DNA of 48,353 nucleotides, taken from positions 1 to 48,353 of the forward strand of contig NZ_JBIKJI010000001.1 of assembly GCF_044361065.1 (NCBI RefSeq). Reading direction: 5' to 3'. Positions 18,819-28,529 of this stretch are shown piece by piece. The translations under genes were made by a program, and so were the position numbers. Source of the DNA: Flavobacterium sp. (lineage in GTDB: Bacteria > Bacteroidota > Bacteroidia > Flavobacteriales > Flavobacteriaceae). Each line of letters begins with the position of its first letter. Within the stretch, counting starts at the first letter, position 1. The notes under the pieces are model-generated. The model had not been told where the DNA came from, made no database searches, and saw nothing but the letters and a program-made list of their open reading frames with translations.

Positions 18819-18832
18819 AAAACAATATAAAA

Positions 18833-19681
18833 ATGGAAAATAACATTAAAGACGCAATTTCAGCAAATATTACAGTTCATTCTGCAATGGCAAATGACTA
18901 CAATACTATTGAACCTCATTTTAGGCCAGAAAGTATAAAAAGAGTAGATGATATTATTCAAAAATTACATAAAGAAAATTCTTTTTCAAAAGTTTTAGAC
19001 TTAGGATGTGGTACAGGTTTTATGATTAATATCGTAAAAAAATATGCTTCAGAAATTGTTGGAGTTGATGTTACGCAAGCAATGATGGATAAAGTTGACA
19101 AATCTGGAAATGCTTCAATTACGCTAATTAATTCCGATACAGGAACAGTAGAATTACCTCAAAAACATTTTGATTTAGCAACAGCTTATACGTTTTTAGA
19201 TCATTTATATGATATGAGACCAACATTTTCAAATACTTTTAATGCCTTAAAAGAAGGTGGTGTTTTTTATGCCGATTTAAGTCCAAATTATTATTTTTGG
19301 AACGATGTCAAAAAAGTGGACACTACCAAGCAGTACGACCCAATACTTCAAAGAGAAATCAATGCAGTTTTATCTAAAGATGCTGAAATTGAAGCACAAT
19401 TTGGTATTGATAAAAATGTTTTTCAAACAGCTGAGCACCAAAAACATATTAAAGGCGGTTTAGTAGAAGAAGAATTAAGAGGCTTATTAATGGAAGCGGG
19501 TTTTAAAAAAGTGGAATTCATTTACCATTGGTTTATTGGCCAAGCTCAATTAATTAATGACGAAAATACCGAGAAAGCAAAAAGATTTGAGCAAGCGGAA
19601 ATTATGCACGATTACTTAACAAAAGCATTACCGGTTTCTAGAAACTTGTTTAAATATATTGGTTTTATAGCTACAAAATAA
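18833..19681 (+). CDS. Class I SAM-dependent methyltransferase
   Basis: VLDLGCGTG, GVD, FDL...FLDHL and LKEGG. Confidence 0.88.
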   Translation: MENNIKDAISANITVHSAMANDYNTIEPHFRPESIKRVDDIIQKLHKENSFSKVLDLGCGTGFMINIVKKYASEIVGVDVTQAMMDKVDKSGNASITLINSDTGTVELPQKHFDLATAYTFLDHLYDMRPTFSNTFNALKEGGVFYADLSPNYYFWNDVKKVDTTKQYDPILQREINAVLSKDAEIEAQFGIDKNVFQTAEHQKHIKGGLVEEELRGLLMEAGFKKVEFIYHWFIGQAQLINDENTEKAKRFEQAEIMHDYLTKALPVSRNLFKYIGFIATK

Positions 19682-20307
19682 TGAAAGAAATTTCTATAAT
19701 TGGTTTTAGCGATTTAGGTGAACAATTTTATTCTTTTTTAAACCAAGAAAATCTTGTTCTGAATGTTTTTGATGATGTTTACCAATCGAATCAAGAAAAC
19801 ATAAAAGCTAATTTGTTTAATCAATATTCAGAATCGAATTCAAATAATTTTTATGTCGCTTTAGGATATAAACATCTGAAAACAAAAGAAAATATTTTAA
19901 ATAAATTACAAGAATTAAATAAAAAAACACCAAATTTCATTCATAAAACCTCATTTGTTAATAACACCGCAGTTGTTGAAACAGCAGTTTTTATTTATCC
20001 AATGTGTAATGTAGACAAAAATGTTGAAATTGGAAAAGGAAGTTTAATTAATAATAGTGTTACCATTTCTCATGATACAAAAATTGGTAAATGTTGTTAT
20101 ATTTCGCCTGGTGTAATTGTTTCTGGAAATGTAAATATTGGTAATTATACTTTTATTGGTTCAGGTTCCATTATATCAAATGGAGTAAAAATTGGAGAAA
20201 ATGTTATTATTGGTGTGGGTACAGTTGTAACAAAAGACATACCAGACAATTGTTCGGTAATTGGTAATCCGATGAAATTTTTAAAACAACCACTTATTTT
20301 AAAATAA
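19681..20307 (+). CDS. Hexapeptide-repeat acetyltransferase (NeuD/PglD-like)
   Basis: Left-handed beta-helix repeats, TISHD, VTKDIPDNCSVIGNP. Confidence 0.88.
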   Translation: MKEISIIGFSDLGEQFYSFLNQENLVLNVFDDVYQSNQENIKANLFNQYSESNSNNFYVALGYKHLKTKENILNKLQELNKKTPNFIHKTSFVNNTAVVETAVFIYPMCNVDKNVEIGKGSLINNSVTISHDTKIGKCCYISPGVIVSGNVNIGNYTFIGSGSIISNGVKIGENVIIGVGTVVTKDIPDNCSVIGNPMKFLKQPLILK

Positions 20308-20318
20308 GTATTATCGAT

Positions 20319-21455
20319 ATGAGTAAAAACATAAACATTCCGTTTAACAAACCCTATCTTACAGGTAAAGAAACACACTATATTTACGAGGCAGTAAGCT
20401 CTCATAAATTATCAGGTAATGGAATTTTTACAAAAAAGTGTCATAGTTTTTTCGAAAACAAATATGGTTTCAAAAAATGTTTGCTAACCACATCATGTAC
20501 AGACGCTTTAGAAATGGCGGCAATATTAATTAATATTCAACCAGGTGATGAGGTAATTATGCCATCTTACACGTTTGTTTCAACAGCGAATGCCTTTGTT
20601 TTACGAGGCGCAAAAATTGTTTTTGCAGATAGTTTACCCAATCATCCTAATATGGATTGTGGAACATTGGAAGCGTTAATTACTGCAAAAACTAAAGCTA
20701 TTGTTCCAGTGCATTATGCAGGAATTGCTTGTGATATGGACGTGATTATGGAATTGGCAAAAAAGTATAATTTATTTGTAGTGGAAGACGCCGCACAAGC
20801 CATTGATAGTTATTATACAGGAAAAGATGGAATTAAAAAAGCCTTAGGTTCAATTGGACATTTAGCAGCATTTTCTTTTCATGAAACGAAAAATATTATT
20901 TCTGGAGAAGGTGGCATGTTAGCCATAAACGACGACCAATTTATTGAACGTGCAGAAATTATTTGGGAAAAAGGAACCAATCGTTCTGCGTTTTTTAGAG
21001 GAGAAGTTGATAAATATGGATGGGTTGATATTGGAAGTTCGTATTTACCATCAGAGATAATTGCAGCCTTTTTATGGGCACAATTAGAAAACTTAGAGGA
21101 CATTCAAACCAAACGCATAGAAATTTGGAATAACTATTACAATAAATTGAAAGATTGGACGATAAAAAACTCAATCCAATTACCAATTATACCTGATTTC
21201 GCGACCAATAACGGGCATATGTTTTATTTAACCTGCCAAAACATACAACAAAGAACAGAAATATTAGATGCTTTAAAACAAAACAATATTTTCGCCGTTT
21301 TTCATTATATCAGTTTACATTCTAGTCCTTATTATTTAGAGAAACACGATGGAAGAGTTTTACAAAACACAGACAATTTTACAGATACTTTATTAAGACT
21401 CCCTTTGTTTTACGAGCTAGACGTACAAACAGTAATTAATCATATTTTAGAATAA
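20319..21455 (+). CDS. rffA: dTDP-4-amino-4,6-dideoxygalactose transaminase (WecE/RffA)
   Basis: IPFNKPY, TSCTDALEM, EDAAQ, FSFHETKN..SGEGG, EKGTNR..F.RG.VDKY.W.D.GSSY. Confidence 0.93.
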   Translation: MSKNINIPFNKPYLTGKETHYIYEAVSSHKLSGNGIFTKKCHSFFENKYGFKKCLLTTSCTDALEMAAILINIQPGDEVIMPSYTFVSTANAFVLRGAKIVFADSLPNHPNMDCGTLEALITAKTKAIVPVHYAGIACDMDVIMELAKKYNLFVVEDAAQAIDSYYTGKDGIKKALGSIGHLAAFSFHETKNIISGEGGMLAINDDQFIERAEIIWEKGTNRSAFFRGEVDKYGWVDIGSSYLPSEIIAAFLWAQLENLEDIQTKRIEIWNNYYNKLKDWTIKNSIQLPIIPDFATNNGHMFYLTCQNIQQRTEILDALKQNNIFAVFHYISLHSSPYYLEKHDGRVLQNTDNFTDTLLRLPLFYELDVQTVINHILE

Positions 21456-23317
21456 TGGATATTAATATCAATGTAAATGTTAACTTTAATAAAAATTTTA
21501 AAAAAATAAAGTTAAATTTAATTTTAATTGGAATAGTAACTTTAGCAGCAATTTTAAGATTTTATAATTTAGATTTTCAAAGCCCTTGGTTAGATGAGAT
21601 TACTACAATGCAATTATCTGACCCGACAATTCCATTGTCAAAAACCAATGAATTAATCGCAACAAGAGACGCTTTTTCAGAAGTATATTACTATCCATTA
21701 AAATTCTTGACATATATTTTTGGCCATTCAATTTACGTCTTGAGGTTTTTTTCAGCATTCTTTGGAGTGGCATCAGTTTACTTTATTTATTTATTTGTAA
21801 AGGAATTAATTAACAAAAAAACAGCCTATATAGCAACTATATTAATGGCGGTTAATTTTTTTCATATTTACTATTCACAAGAAGCAAGATCGTATTCATT
21901 ATTATTATTTTTTATCTTATTAGCTAGCTATAGATTAATAAAATTTATCAAAAACCGGAACATAACAAACGCAATTATTTTAGGTATTACAATAGGATTA
22001 ATCCCTAGCGCTCATCCTTTAGGAATATTGAATATTTTTACAATTGCTCTTTTTATGTTGATTTATTTTTTTATAGACACTAATAAAACAGAAAAAATTA
22101 AATTATTGAAACTATATTTAATTTCAGGAGTTTCTTCATTATTTGTTATTTTTCCTGCATTATCTATAATTTTTAGAGTAAGTAAAATCTCCTCTTTTTG
22201 GGTTGCAGACCCTACTTTTGAAAGTATAAAATTTACTTTTTTTGAAATTCTTGGAAAAGATAATTTCTTGTTTTACTTATACATAATAGGTGTTGTTGCC
22301 TTTTTCGTATTGTTCTTTATAAACAAAGACGACAAAAACAAACCAAAAAACAAGTACCTTCATTTATTCATAATCATTTGGATAACAATGAATATTGGTT
22401 TAATTATAGCTAAATCATATTTACAAGTTTCCATTATTCAAAGCAGATATTTTATTGGGTCACTGCCAATTTTTATTATAGCTTTAGCTTATGTTTTAAG
22501 TTCAATTAAAAGTAAAAAAATAAGTTATTTTTTAGTTGTACTAATAATTTTGTTTTCATTGTATAATTTAGTTTTTAGCAAAAAATACTATGCTACCGTA
22601 ACAAAATCAGAATGGCGTGCAGTATCGCAAGAAATCATCAAGCGAAATGATAAAAAAGAAAAAATTATTGGAACATTTGGATATGTTTTAAATGGACTTT
22701 ATGTCAATTCAAACAGTGCAAATTTAGGATGGGAAATATCATTTGAAGACTACATAAGTAAGCTAAAAGCGAATGCAATTAAAAAAGAATCGTTTTGGTA
22801 TATGGATGGAAATTTTAAACCATTCAGTTTAAACCAAGAAGATATTGATTTCTTAAATGAGCACTATGTAATCGACTATCAAATAGATAAATACGATTGT
22901 TGGGCGAAACATTATTCTTTGAAAGGCGAAACAAAAGAAGCTGTAGATAAAATTTATTTAAACGATTTTGATGTAGATAATTTTGATCCATCTGGGAATT
23001 TATACATATTTGAGAACAAAACAATTAAATCAAAAGAGGTAACATTAGAAAAAGGCGAATATGAATTGATTTTGGAAGCAAATAGTCTTCCAGAAAAGCC
23101 AATAAAAAACGTTAATGCGCATATAATTATAAAACAAAACGAAACACCTATTTCTCAAATTTTTCTTAGTGAGAAAAAGGAACTATCTAAAAAAGTTATA
23201 AAATTTATGAACAAAGAAGAAAAATCCGTTTTTTCTATTACTTTTGATAATGATTTAGCCAGAAACAACAAGGATAGAAATGTGGTTATTTATAATTTAA
23301 GTTTCAAAAAACTATAG
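21455..23317 (+). CDS. GT-C fold membrane glycosyltransferase (ArnT/PMT-like) with C-terminal soluble domains
   Basis: LRFYNL..QSPWLDE loop motif, HIYYSQEARSY, many TM helices, RYF; soluble C-terminus. Confidence 0.85.
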   Translation: MDININVNVNFNKNFKKIKLNLILIGIVTLAAILRFYNLDFQSPWLDEITTMQLSDPTIPLSKTNELIATRDAFSEVYYYPLKFLTYIFGHSIYVLRFFSAFFGVASVYFIYLFVKELINKKTAYIATILMAVNFFHIYYSQEARSYSLLLFFILLASYRLIKFIKNRNITNAIILGITIGLIPSAHPLGILNIFTIALFMLIYFFIDTNKTEKIKLLKLYLISGVSSLFVIFPALSIIFRVSKISSFWVADPTFESIKFTFFEILGKDNFLFYLYIIGVVAFFVLFFINKDDKNKPKNKYLHLFIIIWITMNIGLIIAKSYLQVSIIQSRYFIGSLPIFIIALAYVLSSIKSKKISYFLVVLIILFSLYNLVFSKKYYATVTKSEWRAVSQEIIKRNDKKEKIIGTFGYVLNGLYVNSNSANLGWEISFEDYISKLKANAIKKESFWYMDGNFKPFSLNQEDIDFLNEHYVIDYQIDKYDCWAKHYSLKGETKEAVDKIYLNDFDVDNFDPSGNLYIFENKTIKSKEVTLEKGEYELILEANSLPEKPIKNVNAHIIIKQNETPISQIFLSEKKELSKKVIKFMNKEEKSVFSITFDNDLARNNKDRNVVIYNLSFKKL

Positions 23318-23380
23318 AAAAAACTTTGAAAAAACACAAATATATATTTATATTTGCTAAAAACTTTAAATAATTTTTTT

Positions 23381-23905
23381 ATGAAATCGAGCAAAATAAT
23401 AGCGGGATTACTTATCATAACTTCATTAGTATCTTGTAAGGAAGAGAAAGAAAAAAGTGAATCAAAATTTTTCACTGTAACTTTAAATGTTACTGCAAAA
23501 AATGATGATGGGTTTCAAGTTTTTTACAAAGAAGTAAATGATGACACAAAACCTTTTGAAGAGGCAAACGCCATCAATGTAGCATTTAAAGGAAGTGACA
23601 AACCTCAAGATTTGGTTTTTAATTTACCAGTAGATGTTTTTCCAACGAATTTAAGAATTGATGTAGGAAACAATAAAGAAACAAAAGAAATTGTTATTAA
23701 TAATTTTAAGATGTCATACAATAATAAAAACTTTGAAGCAAAAGGTGCAGCATTTTTTAATTATTTTGCTCCAGATGCAGGTTTGGCAAAATATGATGTT
23801 GCGGGGTCTAAAATTTTACCTATTACAACTGAAACTGGATATTATGACCCTATGGTGTTTTCAAATGATTTATTAGAAAGCGAAATAGTTAAATTAACAA
23901 AATAG
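23381..23905 (+). CDS. Lipoprotein, hypothetical beta-rich domain
   Basis: Signal peptide with lipobox LVSC followed by KEEKEK; promoter TATATTTG at 23349-23356 supports the start at 23381. Confidence 0.8.
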   Translation: MKSSKIIAGLLIITSLVSCKEEKEKSESKFFTVTLNVTAKNDDGFQVFYKEVNDDTKPFEEANAINVAFKGSDKPQDLVFNLPVDVFPTNLRIDVGNNKETKEIVINNFKMSYNNKNFEAKGAAFFNYFAPDAGLAKYDVAGSKILPITTETGYYDPMVFSNDLLESEIVKLTK

Positions 23906-23925
23906 GACATATTTTATTTTAATTT

Positions 23926-23964
23926 AAAAGGCCATAGGTTAGTAAATAATTTATGGCTTTTTTT
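23926..23964 (+). terminator. Intrinsic terminator closing the first glycan module
   Basis: AAAAGGCCATAGGTTA / TAATTTATGGCTTTTT stem plus T-run. Confidence 0.75.
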
Positions 23965-24034
23965 ATTGGAAATGACATTAGTAGAAACTTTTTAATGTTA
24001 AAAACAAGCAAAATATTAATTTTATAATCAATAG

Positions 24035-25312
24035 GTGAATATTTTAAAAACAGTATTGGCAAATGCTCAAATTAAAAAACTAATTCAATATGGCATTGGA
24101 CAGGGTTTTAATGTGATAGCACCATTTATTGTAATTCCGTTTATCATATTAAAATGTGGAGAGGAAAACTTTGGAAAATCAGCAATAGGAATGTCTATTG
24201 CTTTTTTTATTATCGTTTTTATTGATTTTGGCTGTGATATTTTAGGTGTAAAAGATATCTCCATAAATAGAGATAATGTAGAAAAGAGAAATTACATTAT
24301 TTCAAGAGTTGTTTACATTAAAAGTTTTTTTATCCTATTTCTAAGTATAGTATTTTATATACTTATAAATCAAATAGAATTTTTTCATAAAGACAAAGAA
24401 CTATATTATTTTAGTTTTTCTATTTTTATGGCGCAAATAGTCAATCCGTTGTGGATTTTTCAAGGATTAGAAAAGTTCAATCTGTTTTCCTGTTTTAGTA
24501 TTCTTTCTAAAAGTATTTACATCATTCTTATATTTTATTTTTTAAATCAAAAATCAGACTACATATTCATAAATTTTGCCTTTGGCTTAAGTATTTTTAT
24601 TGCAGGAATTATTTTTTTTTATGTTTTATACAAACAATATCAATTTGTTTTAGTACCAATTCAACCTTCCGAATTATATAATTATATGTATGCAAACAAA
24701 ACTTATGTTTTTTCGCAAATATTTATTTGGATGCAATTGTATTCCCCAATTCTATTAATAAATTATTTTGGAACAAGTATTCAAGTTGGTCAATTTAGAA
24801 TTGTAGATCAAATTATCTCGATATTTAAAACCTACATACTTTTAAGTTTTAATTTCATCTATCCTAAAATTTGCTTTGAATTTGACATCGCTAAAAAAGA
24901 AGGGATAAGTAGTTGGAAATTATTTAACACAATTAATTTTGTATTTGTATCGTTTTTACTATTTATTTTATTTGTATTTAGTTATGAAATAATAGATTAT
25001 TATAATATCTCTAATAAAGAATACTTGACTAATTTATTGCAAACGGCATTAATTTATCCAGTATTGTTTTTTATAGTTTATGCTTTAAAACAATTATTAT
25101 TAGCATTGCATTATGAAAAAACATTTTCACGAATTATTATTTTTATGTCAATTTTAAACTTAGTGATCATTTCTTTAGTTTATAAAAACTATAGTTTGTT
25201 TGGTGTTTTTTATTCGTTTATTTTTGTAGAATTCTTAACCTTAATACTATTACTCTTTTTAACTTTAAAGCACAGAATTTTATCTGATAAAAACGACATT
25301 TATGAAGTTTAA
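24035..25312 (+). CDS. wzx: Wzx-type O-unit flippase
   Basis: About 12 TM helices; G.ENFG...FIDFG, W.FQGLEK motifs. Confidence 0.82.
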   Translation: MNILKTVLANAQIKKLIQYGIGQGFNVIAPFIVIPFIILKCGEENFGKSAIGMSIAFFIIVFIDFGCDILGVKDISINRDNVEKRNYIISRVVYIKSFFILFLSIVFYILINQIEFFHKDKELYYFSFSIFMAQIVNPLWIFQGLEKFNLFSCFSILSKSIYIILIFYFLNQKSDYIFINFAFGLSIFIAGIIFFYVLYKQYQFVLVPIQPSELYNYMYANKTYVFSQIFIWMQLYSPILLINYFGTSIQVGQFRIVDQIISIFKTYILLSFNFIYPKICFEFDIAKKEGISSWKLFNTINFVFVSFLLFILFVFSYEIIDYYNISNKEYLTNLLQTALIYPVLFFIVYALKQLLLALHYEKTFSRIIIFMSILNLVIISLVYKNYSLFGVFYSFIFVEFLTLILLLFLTLKHRILSDKNDIYEV

Positions 25313-26525
25313 AACAGTTTATTTATTATTCATTTTATGTTTAGTAGTATTATTATTTAATAATTACGAGCTTACTTTTGTAGTATGGTCTTTTACAGCT
25401 TTAATAACATTAAGAACTAGTTTTTCAAAGAATTTTATTTATATCATTAGTTGTTATTTAGCAATATTGTTAATTAGTTTTTTTACGGAATTATTTTTTT
25501 ACAATAATGCAATATTCAATAAAATTAGAGATGTCACTTATTTGTTAAAACCTATTATTGGTTTAGTTCTTGGATATAATTTTGCAAAAAAATATGGAAG
25601 TAATGCGTTAAATTATGCAGTTAATTGTGGTGTTTTCCTTTCGGTTATTCATTTGATAATAATTTTATATTCAATCTTTGCTCATAAAACATTATCCGTT
25701 TCAGAAATTAGACACTATTCGGGTTATTTTAACGATTTTGAACCTTATGTTTTTGTGTTTATTTTGTTTGCGACTAAATTTAATATCGACATCCCTAAAA
25801 AAAAGAGGTTTCTTTATTTAGGAATTGTAGCCGCATCAATTTTCTGCTACTTATCTAGAACAAATTTTATTCAATTACTTATTTTAATTTTAGCGGTTAA
25901 AGGTTTTTTCAATTTAAATGTAAAATCAATTAAAGTAATTGGCTTTACTATCTTACTAACACTTGTTGGTTATACATTGATTTATAATTCCAACCCAAAA
26001 AGAAAAGGAACTTTTACAGAAGAATTTTTATATAAAGTAAAAATAATACCGATTGAGACCTTTAAAACAAAGATAAACAAAGAAGATTGGAAAGATTTTA
26101 ATGACAATTTCAGATCATTTGAGAATATTAAAACAGTAAATCAAGTATTTTACGGTGGAACACAAGCTGTTATTTCCGGAAAAGGCTTAGGTTCTACAGT
26201 AGATATTGGAAGAGTTATGGTAACAAATGATGGAACAAAAGTGCGTTATTATCCATTTTTGCATAATGCCTTTTCTACCATATTATTAAAATCTGGTTTG
26301 CTTGGAATTATTATTTATTTGCTGTCAATTTATTTTATAGCTAAAAAAACAATTACAAACAACATACAAATTAGTAACTTAAATAAGCTGCTTTTAGGTT
26401 CTGGAATATTTCTGCTTATGTCTAGTTGGGTTTTTATGGGATTCTTCCTCAAATTAGACAGTAAATCAATTTTAATTGGATTGTTATTAGGATATAGAGA
26501 ATATTTACACAAAAAACATATATAA
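25302..26525 (+). CDS. Putative O-antigen polymerase (Wzy-like)
   Basis: Multi-TM; SRT motif, periplasmic loop with GKGLG and HN....LLKSGLLG; position next to wzx. Confidence 0.7.
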   Translation: MKFKTVYLLFILCLVVLLFNNYELTFVVWSFTALITLRTSFSKNFIYIISCYLAILLISFFTELFFYNNAIFNKIRDVTYLLKPIIGLVLGYNFAKKYGSNALNYAVNCGVFLSVIHLIIILYSIFAHKTLSVSEIRHYSGYFNDFEPYVFVFILFATKFNIDIPKKKRFLYLGIVAASIFCYLSRTNFIQLLILILAVKGFFNLNVKSIKVIGFTILLTLVGYTLIYNSNPKRKGTFTEEFLYKVKIIPIETFKTKINKEDWKDFNDNFRSFENIKTVNQVFYGGTQAVISGKGLGSTVDIGRVMVTNDGTKVRYYPFLHNAFSTILLKSGLLGIIIYLLSIYFIAKKTITNNIQISNLNKLLLGSGIFLLMSSWVFMGFFLKLDSKSILIGLLLGYREYLHKKHI

Positions 26526-27635
26526 TTGGACAATACTAAAATAAAAATTTTTGTTGATTGCCACGTTTTCGATATCGGTTTTCAAGGGACTAGAACTCAC
26601 ATACAAGGTTTATATCTAGAGCTTGTAAAAGATGAAAACATCCTATTTTATTTTGCAGCAAGTGATATTGAGAATTTAGAATCAGTTTTTGGCACAAAAA
26701 AAAACATTAAGTTTTTAAAATACACTTTTAAAAATAAATTTTTAAGATTATTGCTTAACATTCCTTATTTGATTATAAAAAACAAAATTGACTTTGCGCA
26801 TTTCCAATACATTGTTCCACCAATAAAATTTTGCAAATACATTGTAACAACTCACGATGTGTTGTTTATCGATTATCCAAAATATTTTTCTTTTTTAAGC
26901 AGAATTAAAAACACGTTTCTTTATAAAAAAGGTGCAAAAACTTCAAAAATAAGGCTTACAGTCTCAGAATATTCGAAAAATCAAATAGCCCAACATTTTA
27001 ACATTTATAATTATCACATCACGCCAAATGCAGTTGATAAAGTGTTTTTTGAACCTTATGACAAAAATGAAGTTAAAAAAATTGTTTTAGAGAAATATAA
27101 ACTTTCAAATTACATTATTTTTATTAGCAGATGGGAGCCAAGAAAAAATCACCAATTAATATTAAAGTCCTTTTCTGATTTAAAGTTATACGATAATTAT
27201 CAATTGTTATTTATTGGTGATACTACATCAAATAATCAAGAATATTTTGAAATTTATAACAAACTAGACACAAAAATTAAAAGTAAAATTATTAGAATGG
27301 ACAAAACAGATTTTAAAACCATGCTGCTACTACTAAGAGGAGCAAGTGCGTCTGTTTACCCATCATTTGCAGAGGGTTTTGGTATTCCGCCATTAGAAGC
27401 AATAGCTTCAGGCATTCCAACAATTTGTTCCAATCAAACAGCAATGATGGATTTTACTTTTCTGAAAAAATTTGAATTTGATCCAAACAATGAAATAGAA
27501 TTTAATGAAAAACTTAAATCTATTTTAGATACTGATTTCACACAAGAATTTAGTGAAATTTCAAATCAAATAAAAGAAAATTACAGCTGGGAAAAATCTG
27601 CAGAAACAGTGAAAAAACTCATTACTGATTTTTAG
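26526..27635 (+). CDS. GT4 glycosyltransferase
   Basis: HD, RWEPRKN and PSFAEGFGIPPLEA. Confidence 0.9.
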   Translation: MDNTKIKIFVDCHVFDIGFQGTRTHIQGLYLELVKDENILFYFAASDIENLESVFGTKKNIKFLKYTFKNKFLRLLLNIPYLIIKNKIDFAHFQYIVPPIKFCKYIVTTHDVLFIDYPKYFSFLSRIKNTFLYKKGAKTSKIRLTVSEYSKNQIAQHFNIYNYHITPNAVDKVFFEPYDKNEVKKIVLEKYKLSNYIIFISRWEPRKNHQLILKSFSDLKLYDNYQLLFIGDTTSNNQEYFEIYNKLDTKIKSKIIRMDKTDFKTMLLLLRGASASVYPSFAEGFGIPPLEAIASGIPTICSNQTAMMDFTFLKKFEFDPNNEIEFNEKLKSILDTDFTQEFSEISNQIKENYSWEKSAETVKKLITDF

Positions 27636-28398
27636 CAGTACCACTTCCAAAAAACTTGTTTTTGGTAAGCACTAAAAAATTAAAGTTTTTTGCTAACACT
27701 TTTTTCATAATTGAGGCGTCTTCTTTCGGAAACCAATCTGTAGTCCGAGGCGTTTCTAATATTTTATTATGAATCTGGTAAGCATAAGTTGCAATTGACG
27801 TTCTGAATTTACCTTCTGGGAAATTGGTCATATCGTATCCGTGTAAAGTATATGGCGCACATTGCTGAATTATCATTCTATTAAATGGCACATCCAATTC
27901 GGTTTCTTCGTTTGTACGTAAATCTTTAATACGTAAACCACCTTTATATTCTGGTTTCCAATCTTTATTTAAGTATAACAGCAAGTTTAGTTCTCGATAC
28001 CAGTTTTTTTGCAATGGATGATAATTAAAATCCAAATGCATGTCTAAAAAACTATTTTTCTTTCCTTGGTGTAAGCCGCCGCCATGGTTTTTTGGATCTA
28101 CAAATATTTTTTTAGCCGTAATGAAAGATAATAATTCGTTAAATCTATCAGAAGACAAATCATAATACAATTCTTCTAATTCCGGAGATAAAACTTTATA
28201 ATTTGATTTTTCAAATTTGTTATTAGCAAAAGCATAATCTCTACTTTTATTTTCTAATTCAGGAATTGAATAATACGCTTTTGTTAGTTTTTCTTCCTCA
28301 CAAAAATTATCAATAATTAAATACGGAAAAGGTTGGGCGGTTAAATATTTTATCCTTAAAGACTCTTTGTTTTTTTCTAAAAAATCAAAATCAATCAT
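27622..28398 (-). CDS. 2OG-Fe(II) oxygenase
   Basis: AQPFPYLIIDNF, GGGLH, HLDFN, NLLLYLN.DW...GG, PFNR and HG...R.SIA; promoter TACTTTTG (28420-28427, minus) supports the start at 28398. Confidence 0.88.
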   Translation of the reverse strand: MIDFDFLEKNKESLRIKYLTAQPFPYLIIDNFCEEEKLTKAYYSIPELENKSRDYAFANNKFEKSNYKVLSPELEELYYDLSSDRFNELLSFITAKKIFVDPKNHGGGLHQGKKNSFLDMHLDFNYHPLQKNWYRELNLLLYLNKDWKPEYKGGLRIKDLRTNEETELDVPFNRMIIQQCAPYTLHGYDMTNFPEGKFRTSIATYAYQIHNKILETPRTTDWFPKEDASIMKKVLAKNFNFLVLTKNKFFGSGTAKNQ

Positions 28399-28529
28399 TC
28401 TTTTCTTTTTTAAGATTAGCAAAAGTAATAATTAATAACGTAAAAGTTTTAGGATAATTGTCTAATAAGCTAAAATAATTTCAAAACATTCATATTATTC
28501 TATTATTTTTGTTTTGTTATACGAAAAAA

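Noticed and set aside
12329-26704. A8-A9/T9 homopolymers in wzz, wzx, wzy and GT4 as phase-variation tracts
   Set aside because: Such runs are expected in DNA this AT-rich, and all ORFs are intact.
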